Assembly: GCA_951406725.2 (NCBI GenBank) | Contig: OX597817.1 | Coordinates: 165,540,001 to 165,604,000 of the forward strand | Length of the DNA stretch: 64,000 bases | Origin: Octopus vulgaris | Lineage: Eukaryota | Reading direction: 5' to 3' | In this document: one piece after another, positions 39,133 through 52,602 of the stretch | Layout: each line of letters starts with the position of its first letter | Numbering within the stretch: the stretch's first letter is position 1 | Position numbers and translations under genes: made by a program | The notes under the pieces: generated by a model | What the model was told of the DNA's origin: nothing | What the model saw: only the letters and a program-made list of their open reading frames with translations | Database searches by the model: none

Positions 39133-40610
39133 AAGGGGGAAGTAGAGCAGATGCCAAAAACTCTAGGCCTATCTCTCTGACTTCACACATCAGCAAAGTC
39201 ATGGAACGGATAGTCAGAAAGAAACTAATCGCATTCCTTGAGGAAAATAACTTGCTGAGTAATACCCACCATGGTTTTCGACCAGGTAGGAGCTCCCTGA
39301 CCCAGCTCTTACAGCATTATGACTGGGTGTTGAGGCAGTTACTCAACAAATCAAATGTGGACGTAATCTACCTTGATTTTGCAAAAGCTTTTGACAAGGT
39401 GGATCATGGTATGATATGCCACAAACTACGTGACCTCGGCATAGCTGGAAAACTTGGAGTGTGGTTGCATGACTTCCTGAAAGATAGGAGTCAGGCAGTA
39501 GTGGTTAACGGAGCCACCTCTATGAACACACAAATAGTGAGCGGTTTTCCACAGGGCACTGTCTTGGGACCACTGCTTTTTATAGTGACCCTCTCAGATA
39601 TGCCCTGAAATGCCTGGATAGCCACTCTGGCCAGCTATGCAGACGATACGAAAGTCTCACAGAAAATACAGAACCCCAGCGATGTTGCACACCTGCAGCA
39701 GGAGTTGGACTCAATCTACAGATGGGCCTAGGATAATAATATGCAGTTTAATGCTGAAAAATTCCAGGCCCTGCGCTACCAGCATCCAAAACTGAATATT
39801 AAACTTACAGGATACACCAGTCCACAGGGAATTTCAATCCCAGAGCCTAAGTCTGTGAGGGACCTGGGTATCGACATGAGTGATGATACCTCTTTCCAAG
39901 TGCACATTACCAGGATGGCGACAAAGTGCAGACGACTGGCTGGGTGGATCCTAAGAACATTCAGAACCAGAGACAAGGAGACCATGATGGTCCTCTGGCG
40001 GACATTTGTCCTCAGTCGCCTGGATTACTGCTCACAGCTATGGTCACCCACCAGTGTAAAATTAACAGCGGACCTTGAAGCAATCCAGAGAAGCTTCACA
40101 AAGAAGATCGTCTCTTTGCAACAGCTCAGCTACTGGGAAAGGTTGAAACAGCTAAGACTTTACTCCCTGGAGAGAAGACGGGAGATGTATGCAGTAATAT
40201 ATGTCTGGAAGATCCTGGAAGGAATTGTGCTAAATTTTGGCATTGTAAGCTACACCAATGCTAGAACGGGACGACACTGCATAGTGCCAAAGATCCCAGC
40301 AATGCCATCATGCTTCAGGACCAGCTTCTGCAACAGCCTGGGTTTCAAGGGCCCACAACTTTTTAATATACTCCCAAAGAGTCTGAGGAACTTGCACAAA
40401 GTAGATGTAGCGGTTTTTAAATCAAAGCTGGACACCTTCCTGTCAAGAGTCCCAGATGAACCTACCTCACGGCAAGAGGTGCAAATGAGAGTAGCTGTAT
40501 CAAACTACATTCTTCACCAAGTGCCACATATTAGACGAGGTTCGTCGTAATAACAGTGCAGCACAAAACGGCGGTGCATCAGCATGGCTGCAGCTCTGAG
40601 CTGAAACTAG

Positions 40611-40626
<16 letters not shown>
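39133..40626 (+). mobile_element. 5'-truncated non-LTR retrotransposon (CR1/L2 group) with two premature stops, inserted in (TA)n
   Basis: RPISLTS, HGFRPGRS, YLDFAKAFDKVDH, PQGTVLGPLLF and YADD (~39636) motifs. ORFs 39201-39608 and 39741-40550 are in one frame, broken by stops. Structured 3' end plus poly(A). Confidence 0.95.
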
Positions 40627-40662
<36 letters not shown>

Positions 40663-41264
40663 TCTTTCAGTTTCCGTCTGCTAAATCAAATCACAAGGCT
40701 TTGGTTGCCCCGAGGCTATAGTAGGAAGCACTTGTCCAAGGTTCCACGCAGTGGGTCTGAACTCGAAACCACATAGCAGCAAAGCGACCTTCCTAATCAC
40801 AAAGCCATGTCTAGCCTAATAATTATATCTGTTATATCCTATCAGTTTTATGAGTCTCTCTCTCTCTTTATTTTACTTCTAAGATCTTCTTTGCTGCAAA
40901 GAGCTATCACTGTGGCAGAAGTCATTTTAGATTGCTAAGTACGATAAGTGCGACTGAGGCACGCTCTAGCATCCCTGGGGAGCCAGCTCGATTGGTCTTC
41001 TACAGAAAAACGAGTGCACACTGAAGTGAAACTGAAGTGTTACACCTGTCTAAAAGTGGCCAATAATAAGACACAAATTAATTGAAGGAATCTTCTTTGG
41101 AACCAGCCACGACACCCTTTTACCTCACACCAAGCTCCTCCCGCCTCTCTCTCTCTCTTCCTCCCTCCCCCTCTCTCTCTCTCTTCCTCCCTCCCTCTCT
41201 TACTCTGACACTTTCTGTCGTTCTTTGTTTGTTTGTTTGTTTCTTTCTTTCTGTCTTGCTATCC

Positions 41265-41350
<86 letters not shown>

Positions 41351-41411
41351 GTATGTGTATCTTCTCTTCTTATTTCTCTTCCTCTTTCTTTCTCGCATTC
41401 TTACACACGTA

Positions 41412-41478
<67 letters not shown>

Positions 41479-41779
41479 ATACGATATAGTGTATATTTGA
41501 ACACATAGGGAATCCACTTATAGGGAATTCAGCACGCTAGAAAGAACAGCTAGGTTCTGTAAACCACAAAAATAACGGATAAAATTCGACAGGAATAAAT
41601 TTGGAAATGAATATATGTTTAAATATACACTATATCGTATGACTAATATATAGTCTTCTTGATTAATTTTTTTTTGCACGTTAGACCACTGGAAATGTAA
41701 ATTTTGATTGAATGTTTTAATTTTAATTAAATTCCATTTCCCTTTGATATGATATATATATATATATATATAAATGTAC

Positions 41780-41823
<44 letters not shown>

Positions 41824-41920
41824 GTATATATATATATATAAATGTACGTATATATAAATATATATATATACTTATATATATATATATATATATATATATA
41901 GATATATTTATATATATGTA

Positions 41921-41966
<46 letters not shown>

Positions 41967-41998
41967 TATATGTATATGTATGTATATATATATATACT

Positions 41999-42043
<45 letters not shown>

Positions 42044-42267
42044 GTACATATACATATACATACACACGTGTGTGTGTGTATTCACGCACGAGAGCACACA
42101 AACTATTGGGTACACGTGTAGGCACGCACACATACGCACACGTATCAATTTTGCTAATTACCAACGCATCTCAGCATCTCGAATATCATAATCTTGTCAA
42201 TACGCAGGACGGCTGCCACGGGAAAAAAAGGCAATAAAACCGACGACAAGGACGAGGACAATCCCGT

Positions 42268-42910
<643 letters not shown>

Positions 42911-43119
42911 TTGTGTTGTTTATTATTTGTAGTATTATTACGATGCTGCTGATGCTTACGATGGTGATGAGGTTGAGGAGGAGGCAGAAGAAGAGCAACG
43001 TTGTACCACAATAAATCTCCTGGACTTACACCACCCATGGACTACGCACCAGCCTTGACGTCGTAGATGGTCATACTGAAAGATAATTGTGATCCTATGA
43101 TAACAACGACGACAACGAA

Positions 43120-43151
<32 letters not shown>

Positions 43152-43593
43152 CAGTGGTGGTGGTGGTAATGATGGTCGTGATGGTGGTGGTAGTGGTGGG
43201 TGGTGGCGATGTTGGTGATGTCGATGACGACGATGATAGCAATAATTATTTGAGAAGAAATTGAAGTCGAAAAACAAAGAGGAAAACCCGTAAGAGAACA
43301 TTATTCCAGCCTCCACCACCCGTAGATCTTCCACGCTTTTATCTATCTTTATCAGATATATTTATTTAAGTTATAGTTGTGTGTATGTGTGTGTGTGTTT
43401 GTCCACGTGCGTGCATATATGTATGCATGTATATCTGTATGAATGTATATATGTATCTATGTGAGTGTATGTATCTATGTATATATGTATGTATGCCTGT
43501 GCGTATGTATGTATATATGTCTGTATATGTCTGTGTATGTATGTATATATGTCTGTATATGCCTGTCTGTCTGTCTGTCTGTCTATCTGCCTG

Positions 43594-43641
<48 letters not shown>

Positions 43642-43880
43642 TGTATGTATGTATATATGTATGTATGTATGAATGTTTGTATGTATGTTTGTATGTATGT
43701 ATGTATGTATGTATGTATGTATGTATGTATGTATGTATGTATGTATTTATGTGTACATTATATTTTAAATGTTTTACAGCCAAGAAACCATCTTTGTGCC
43801 GACATTTTAATATCAAAACCGTTCTTCAGTCTTTTCTTTGTGTCTCCGTCATACTTTCGTACCTATGGATACATACCCCC

Positions 43881-43954
<74 letters not shown>

Positions 43955-44156
43955 GTTTATGTATGCATGCATGTTTGTATGTATTTTTTATCTGTTTCAG
44001 TCATTTGACTGCAGACATGCTGGAGCATCGCCTTTAGTCGAACATTTCGACGCCAGGACTTATTCTTTGTAAGTCTAGAACATATTCTCTCGGTCTCATA
44101 ATTCCGAAACGCTACGTTACGAGGACGTAAACACACCAACATATATATGTATGTAT

Positions 44157-44215
<59 letters not shown>

Positions 44216-44489
44216 GCGAAATGCTTAGCGGTATTGCTGGCCTTGTACCAAAATTTGAAACCATTATTGAGGCGACGACCTGGCAGAATCGTTAGCACGC
44301 CGGGCGAAATGCTTAGCGGCATTTCGTCTGTCTTTACGTTCTGAGTTCAACTTTACCCTTCGGAGCCAACTTTACCAATCATCCCTTCGGGAATCGATAA
44401 AATAAGTACCAGTTGAGTACTGAGATCGATGTAATCGACTATCTTCCTTCCCCAAATTTCAGGGTTTGTGCCTTTGATAGAAACGATTG

Positions 44490-44491
44490 TA

Positions 44492-44532
<41 letters not shown>

Positions 44533-44622
44533 AATTATTATTATTACTATTCTTCTTCTTCTTGTTCTTCTTCTTCTTCTTCTTCTTCTTCTTCTTCTTC
44601 TTCTTCTTCTTCTTCTTCTTCT

Positions 44623-44656
<34 letters not shown>

Positions 44657-44677
44657 TTTCTTCTTCTTCTTCTTCTT

Positions 44678-44717
<40 letters not shown>

Positions 44718-44840
44718 TATTATTATTATTATTATTACTATTATTATTATTTTTATTGTTGTTGTTCTTGCTGCTGCTGCTGCTGCTGTTGTTGTTGTTG
44801 TTGCTGTCACCGTTGTTGTTGTTGCTGCTGTTGTTATTGT
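44490..44840. repeat. Compound (ATT)n/(TTC)n/(GTT)n microsatellite
   Basis: Direct reading. Confidence 0.95.
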
Positions 44841-44863
44841 TGCCAATAACTTTGTCATTCTTA

Positions 44864-45445
44864 GGCGGCGAGCTGGCAGAAACGTTAGCTCGCCGGGCGA
44901 AATGCTTATCGGTATTTCGTCGGCCGCTACGTTCTGAGTTCAAATTCCACCGAGGTCGACTTTGCCTGTCATCCTTTCGGGGTCGATTAAATAAGTACCA
45001 GTTACGCACTGGAGTCGATATAATCGGCTTAATCCGTTTGTCTGTCCTTGTTTGTCCTCTCTGTGTTTAGCCCCTTGTGGGTAGTAAAGAAATAGGTATT
45101 TCGTCTGCCGTTACGTTCTGAGTTCAAATTCCGCCGAGATCGACTTTGCCTTTCATCCTTTCAGAGACGATAAATCTAATACCAGTTGCGTACTGGGGTC
45201 GATTCAATCTACTTAATCGCTTTGTCTGTCCCTCTTTGTCCCCCCTATGTTTAGCTTCTTGTGGGCAATAAAGAAATAGGAAACGTTAGCACGCCAGGCG
45301 AAATGTTTAGCGTTATTTCATCTGTCTTTATGCTCTGAGTTCAAATTCCGCCGAGGTCGACTTTGCCTTTCAACCTTTCGGGATCAATAAATTAAATACC
45401 AGTTGCATACTGGAATCGATCTAGTCGACTGGACACCTCCCCCAA
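44864..45445 (+). mobile_element. SINE family D (Nin/Deu-like domain), internally multimerised; others 44270-44490, 46755-47155, 47980-48320, 50107-50320, and minus-strand 32440-32860, 35645-35870, 59467-59887
   Basis: GGCGGCGAGCTGGCAGAA..GAGTTCAAATTCC head, GTCGACTTTGCCTTTCATCCTTTCGGGGTCGATAAA..AGTACCAG domain, tail GCCCCTTGTGGG..AAAGAAATA. Confidence 0.85.
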
Positions 45446-46099
45446 AATGTTAACAGTTTTCAGAGAAAAAATTAGATTTACCCCTTAAACAAGTAAATAG
45501 ACTTTCTAAAATTCATTCATTTCTTGAAATTATCTCCCCTTTCCTTTGAAACTTGCTAACAATCACCACTAGAATGTCCAGGATTCCACACGATTCAGAT
45601 ATTATCGTCAGTGAAAGACGTATAAAGCTGAATTACTAAAATAACTTATGATTTGACACTTCAGTTTAGGTTTATTTTATACGAAAAATTTGATCTTCTA
45701 ACTATGGAGACGAATAACAGGAAAGTTGGACTATAATATACAAGCTTACGTTGCAGTTTTCGCTTTCGACATGACAGGATGGGATACACATGGTGTTCTA
45801 AATTCTCGTTGAATACGATGTCGCTTAAACCACACGATGCAATTACACATGCATAAAAACGTAATATAAGAACACATACTATATATCATTGTATAGTACA
45901 TCATATTGGTTTCAATTTTTGACACAAGGCCGTTAAGTTCGGGTGATAGAAGGGTAAGTCGATTGCATCCACCCTGTATTCAGCTGGGACATATTTTGTC
46001 GATCACTGAAAGGATGAAAGACAAAGTCGGCCTTGATTGAATTTCAACTCAGAACGTAAACACGCTCCGAAATGTCGCTATGTATTTTCCCCAGCATTT

Positions 46100-46285
46100 T
46101 TCTTTTACTTTTTTCAGTCATTTGACTGTGGCCATGCTGGAACACCGCCTTAAAGGGTGTCATTCGAAGAAATCGACCCCCAGGACTCATTCTTTATAAG
46201 CCTAGTAATTATCCCATCGGCCTTTAGCTGAGCAACTAAGTTAGGCGGACATAAACGCACCAGAATCCGTTGTCAAGCAGACACG

Positions 46286-46330
<45 letters not shown>

Positions 46331-46405
46331 TGAGAAAAGAGCTGTTGAACTGTTAAGTGAAATTTGGCTATCGAAGATCGAATCCACGCTATGCCTACAT
46401 GAAGC

Positions 46406-46454
<49 letters not shown>

Positions 46455-46607
46455 ACAGGCTTCATCCAGTTTCCGTCTACAAAAATCCATTCAGTAGGCT
46501 TTGGTCAGCCCAAGGTTATGGTAGAAGATACTTACCCATGGTGCCACGCAGTGGGACTGAACCCGAAATCATGTGGTTGGGAGGCAATCTTCTTACCACA
46601 GAGCCAT
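46100..46607 (-). mobile_element. SINE family A, diverged
   Basis: Tail and head flank (TA)n tracts with a short insert. Confidence 0.82.
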
Positions 46608-48367
46608 AATATTATACTATATTACATTACATTATATATTATATATTCACATCAACTCGGGGGCGATAAAATAAGTACCAGCTGAGTACTGGAGTCAATG
46701 TAATATCCCCTGATATTGCTGGCCTTGTACCAGAATTTGAAACCATTATTAAGACAACAACCTGGCAGAATCGTTAGCACGCCGGGTGAAATGCTTAGCG
46801 GTATTTCGTTTGACGTGACGTTCTGACTTCAAATTCCGCCGAGGTCGACTTTGCCTTTCATCATTTCGGGGTCTATTAAATAAGTACCAGTTACGCACTG
46901 GGGTCGTTATAATCGACTTAATCCGTTTGTCTGTCCTTGTTTGTCCCATCTGTATTTAGCCCCTTGTGGGTAGTAAAGAAATCGAAATAGGTATTTCGTC
47001 TGTTTTTACGTTCTGAGTTCAAATTCCGTCGAGGCCGACTTTGCCTTTCATCCTTTCGGAGTCGATAAATCTAGTACCAGTTGCGCACTGGGGTCGATTT
47101 AATCGACTGGCCCACTCCTCGAAAAATTTCGGGCCTTCTGCCTAGAGTTAGAAAAAGAATAATTTTGTCATTCTCATTGTTGCTAGTATTATTATTGTTG
47201 TTGTTGTTGTTGTTGTAGTTGCTGTTGTTGCCTTCGTCATTGTTGTTGCTGTTATTGTCGGAACCACCTACGGCTTATGTCAGCTGGCCTCATGTCGATG
47301 TTTATCAACAAGCATCCATCTTCCATCTTGATAACATTGGCAAACAATACTTGCCATGGACGAGATATGTAGTAATATACATACCCCCTTTTACAGTTAC
47401 TGACATCAATTCCCACCCCATCACCCCCCCCCCCCCCACTCTAAAAAAAACGAAACCCCGGCACCCATTGCTTGTCATCAACACGTCTAACCTATTCCGA
47501 ACCCACTCCTACGTTTCATCTTTCATCAATACAACTGTTGCTCACGGTCTTCGCCATTTTTGTCTGTCTTCATTCTCCTCTTCTACAAGCTGCTATTTTT
47601 AGCCTTCTCTTCCCCCTCTACCCTCCTCCTCCTCCTCCTCCTCCTCATTCTTCTCATCCTCCACAACAGCAACAACAGCAACAACAACAACAACAACAAC
47701 AGTAGTTACAAAAGGATTGCTGCTATCACCAACACCATCGCCACTACCATCATCGCCGCCACCACCACCACCACCACTACCACCACCAGAAAAAAGAAGA
47801 GGAGCTGAAGAAAAAAGAAAATGAGAAGAAATGAAGGAGAGGGAAAGGAGGCAGAGGAGGAGAAGGCGGAGGAAGAGGAGAAAAATATCAGCAACACATT
47901 ATATAACACCCAAAATAAATACCAGTTCCATTTAATTAACTCCATGTTAAAGTGTAAAGAAAATACGACAGTTCAATAAGGCGGCGAGCTGGCAGAAACG
48001 TTAGCACGCCGGGCGAAATGCGTAGCCGTATTTCGTTTGCCGTTACGTTGTGAGTTCAAATTCCGCCGAGGTCGACTTTGCCTTTCAACCTTTCGGGGTC
48101 TATTAAATAAGTACCAGTTACGCACTGGGGTCGATGTAATCGACTTAATCCGTTTGTCTGTCCTTGTTTGTCCTCTCTGTGTTTAGCCCCTTGTGGGTAG
48201 TAAAGAAATAAGTATTTCGTCTGCCGTTACATTCTGAGTTCAAATTCCGCCGAAGTCGACTTTGCCTTGTCCTTGTTATATCCCCTCTTTGTTTAGCCCC
48301 TTGTGGGCAATAAAGAAATAAAATACAATAGCTGAATACTTTTATTGTTTGTAACTTTCTAACCTGG

Positions 48368-48660
48368 TGGAGGCACATGGCCTAGTAGTTAGAGCAGCAG
48401 ACTCGGATTCGCGGGTTCGAATCTCAGACCAGGCGAAGTGTGTGTTTATGAGCGAAACACCTAAGCTCCACGCGGGTCCGGCAGAAGGTAACAGCGAACT
48501 TCTACTGACTCTTTCGCCACAACTTTCTCTCACTCTTTCCTCCTGCATCTTGCAGCTCACCTGCGACGGACCGGCGTCCCATCTAGGTGGGGAACCTATA
48601 CTCCAAGGAAACCGGGAAACCGGCTCTTATGAGCCAGGCATGACTTGAGAAGGAACAAAC
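48368..48660 (+). mobile_element. SINE family B, alternative tail
   Basis: Matches the reverse complement of 26322-26626. Confidence 0.88.
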
Positions 48661-49610
48661 CTTCAAACCTGCAATTTATGTTTTTGCTATAAACATAAGA
48701 GAAAGAGTTCTTTCATTTTGTTTTGTCGGTCTCAAACTTAAAACATCAAACAGTGTTGCAGATGATCAACTTAATATGCGTGTGGTTATTGTGCGCACAC
48801 GTATTTTTGTGTATATGTTGTTTAATAGCGCCGATATTGAGGATTACATACATAGTTAAAAGACCCCCTTTGGTCGTGAATGACCATGGGATTGCACCAA
48901 GAAAGTTCCCCTCCGAGGCACAAGTCCGGGTAAAGATGTTTGTGGAAGGCTAGCAGTTGCCCATGCATACCAGTCTCCTCTCTCTATTCCACCAATGTTA
49001 TCCAAGGGAAAGGCAAATGCCGATACAGTTTGGCACCAGTGACGTCGCAACTCATTTCTACAACCGAGTGAACTGGAGCAACGTGAAATACAGTGCCTTG
49101 CTCAAGAACACATCACTCAGCCCGGTCCGGGAATCGAAATCACAACTTCACAATTGTAAGCCCGATGCTCTAACCACTGAACCATGCATCTTTACAGAAT
49201 GTGCAATGGGTGAGCACTCTACGGATACGCGTAAGGAAATCCAGCGTAACACAGAATGTGTTAAGGCTGGTCTTTTGAAATACAGGTGCTTCTAGAATCG
49301 ATAAAATAATACGCTAGTCATATACCGTGAATGCTACTATTAACATTATATATATATATATATATATATATACATTTAAAATTAAGGATAAAATCTTTAT
49401 AAGAAATTATCAGTAGTTAGCGTGAAAAACCTCGTAAGAGAAAAACTCTGTAAATTTTTCCACTTTGAAAATATTTATTTATATTATATAGAGGGTACTA
49501 TTATTCATAGGTACCGCACGCTAGAGGGACTCTTGCAGTCAAAACTACTAAAATAAACAAATTGTACCGAATGCAAAACTTCAAAGCAAGTCATTTAAAA
49601 ACAGAATTTA

Positions 49611-49678
49611 GTTACATATCACCTGTGATTTCGCAATCAATGCAGAATATGCATTCTATGTATGCTCTTCAGTGCAAC
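49611..49678 (-). ncRNA. Type I hammerhead ribozyme, intact core (mirror copy)
   Basis: Reverse complement reads GTTGCA CTGAAGA GCA..TGC GAAA TCACAGGTGA TA TGTAAC. Differs from the + copy only inside stem II. Confidence 0.85.
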
Positions 49679-49878
49679 GAACTCAAGACACATAAGGAAA
49701 AAAACACAATATAGCATACCCGACAGCCAACTGTAGAATTCGTCGTAGCATGTACGAATGTTTATCTTTACATATCTATGAAAATGTAAAAGATAAACAT
49801 TCGTACATTCGTACGACGAATTCTACGGTTGGCTGTCGGGTATGCTATATTGTGTTTTTCCTTACATGTCTTGAGTTC

Positions 49879-49942
49879 GTTGCACTGAAGAGCATAGAAT
49901 GCATAGAATGCATTGATTGCGAAATCACAGGTGATATGTAAC
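49879..49942 (+). ncRNA. Type I hammerhead ribozyme, intact core
   Basis: Stem I GTTGCA/TGTAAC, CTGAAGA (49885-91), stem II GCA..TGC with inner AATGCAT/ATGCATT, GAAA (49921-24), stem III ATCA(C)/(G)TGAT. NUH=AUA, predicted cut after 49936. Confidence 0.85.
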
Positions 49943-50320
49943 TAAATTCTGTTTTTAAATGACTTGCTTTGAAGTTTTGCATTCGGTACGATTTGTTTAT
50001 TTTAGTAGTTTTGACAGCGAGAGTCCCTCCTAGCGTGCGGTACCTATGAATAATAGTACCCTCTATATAATATATATATATATATATAAATATATATATA
50101 CACAGAAGACGGCTAGCGGGCAGAATCGTTAGCACGCCGGGCGAAATGCTCAGCGGTATTTCGTCTGCTGTTACGTTCTGAGTTCGAATTCCACAGAAGT
50201 CGACTTTGTCTTTCATCCTTTTGAGGTCGATAAATTAAGTACCACTTGAGTACTGGGGCCGATGTAATCGATTATCTCCCTCCCCAAAATTTCAGGCCTT
50301 GTGCCTATAATAGAAATGAT

Positions 50321-50382
<62 letters not shown>

Positions 50383-50479
50383 TACGTACGTGTGTGTGTA
50401 TGTGTAAGTATCTCTCTCCCTCTGTCTATATCGAAATGTACAGGTAGGTAATAACCTTGAACCCAAACCGCCTCTTATA

Positions 50480-50755
50480 GATTGTGTCATATGTCTCAAA
50501 ATGTGTGTGACAAAATTTGGCCTTAAATGACATATGCTAGTTCACAAAAACATTCCTTCAGAATCAGATTCCAAAGAGCAAAGATGTGAAAGAAACTTAA
50601 ATAACATCTGTCACTTGTGTCTTAAACCCTATCAGCCAGCAGCTGGTCTTAAAAGTCACCTGATGGCTAATCAATGGAAGGATTATGCTGTGTGGTGTGG
50701 TGTGCGGATAATGCTGATGGGACGGCTATGATCTGTCAAGATGAAACAAACAACA
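50480..50755 (+). pseudogene. Two degenerate C2H2-like zinc fingers, probably an RTE-type LINE 3' end
   Basis: DCVICLKMCVTKFGLK*HMLVH and ICHLCLKPYQPAAGLKSHLMAN in one frame, followed by a short tail ending AAACAAACAAC. Confidence 0.55.
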
Positions 50756-50759
50756 TATG

Positions 50760-51094
50760 TGAAGGCGCATGGCTCAGTGCTTAGAGCGTCGAGCTTACGA
50801 TCGTAAGGTTGTGAGTTCGAATCCCGGACCGGGTTGCGTGTTGTGTTCTTGAGCAAGACACTTTATTTCACGTTGCTCCAGTTCAATCAGCTGTAGAAAT
50901 GAGTTGCGACATCACAGGTGCCAAGCTGTATCGGCCTTTGCCTTTCCCTTGGATAACACTGGTGGCGTGGAGAGGGGAGGCCGGTATGCATGGGTGACTG
51001 CTGGTCTTCCATAAACAACCTTGCCCGGACTTGTGCCTGGGAGGGTAACATTTTAGGTGCAATACCATGGGCAGTCATGACCGAAGGGGGTCTC
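50760..51094 (+). mobile_element. tRNA-Arg(ACG)-headed SINE family C (related: 48860-49195 -, 19760-19965, 37145-37370, 60088-60370, 62025-62323 -)
   Basis: GGCGCATGGCTCAGTG..TTACGATCG..GTTCGAATCC head and central TTGTGTTCTTGAGCAAGACACTTTATTTCACGTTGCTCCAG domain. Confidence 0.88.
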
Positions 51095-51219
51095 AGCATA
51101 CATATGTCATTATTCAGCTTATTTCAAGATTTCTTGCCAATAGATAATGAACCGGTTTCTAACCTAGATTCAAAGTTCTTTTATTAGAATTTCAACATTA
51201 GCAACAGGGTATTTTTGTT

Positions 51220-51251
<32 letters not shown>

Positions 51252-52280
51252 TGTATGTATGTATGTATGTATGTATGTATGCATGTATGTGTGTATATCA
51301 CTGGTTGTAGGGAATGGAGTAGCTAGTAGCTAAATCCGCACTACATATGTTTCAAGGGAAAAATCAAACGAGAATTATTTAATCTTTAAGTATCATAAAG
51401 AGGTATTCAATATCCCTTGTCGTCAGATAGTTTTACCTGTTGCTTACAAGTTCATTGCTAAAATTATATTCATTTAGTTAGCAACTTTTGTTGCTATATT
51501 TTGGAGTTGTATTGTGCCGGTCGTCTTACCGGAATTTCTATACAATTCGGTATGGGACGAAGCGTTTGACATACGTTGATCAGCAAACTTTGTTGATCGA
51601 GTTTATCTGCTTTATGTTATCTATACAAGCCGTGTCTATAGTTCAGGCTAAGTGCTTATTCTACAATAATTCTGGACCTCACTACTTTATTATTTATATA
51701 TACATAGAGAAAGAGGGTGAGAAAGAAAGAGAAAGAGAGAGAGACAGAAGTGGGTAAGAAAGAAGATTCAATGTATAAATATAAAAATATATTAGGAGAT
51801 AAATTAATAACAGGTCGTTAGACTTCAAAAGTATCAAAATTGCAGTAAATTCAAGCGGGGATGACTTCTGTAAACGTAATCGGATGAAAAGATCTTTAAG
51901 ATCAACATATTTAGCCTAAAAGCAGTCGAGTATAAATTTCAGCTCAACAGCTGTTTCATTAAGACAAACATCATTAAAGGTATAACTACATAATTGTGAT
52001 GCGCAAGTAAGTAAATTGAATTATTTTTAAAACTGTGTCTATCAAATTCATCGATTGGTAAGTCCCGTCAGAAGAAAAGGTTTAGAAGATTAATTAATTG
52101 GACGCAAATAGTGAGTAAGCCCGTCTGAAAAATTGAACCCGCACTTCAGATAGCCGGTATTTTGGCATCATGTGTCTGTGATACGCTTAACCACTTACAT
52201 AATAATTTAGCGACTACGTTTTCATCATCATTGAAACCCACGGAGGATTCATCATGGATGTATCACTCTCTCTTTCTCTC

Positions 52281-52339
<59 letters not shown>

Positions 52340-52344
52340 GTCTG

Positions 52345-52539
<195 letters not shown>

Positions 52540-52569
52540 CTATCTGTCTGTCTATCTATCTATATGTTC

Positions 52570-52602
<33 letters not shown>

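Larger units (their letters stand above)
49481..50073. repeat. Long palindrome, ~290-bp arms, ~10-nt loop
   Basis: Arms ~49481-49773 and ~49784-50073 are reverse complements with scattered mismatches and small indels. Confidence 0.95.
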
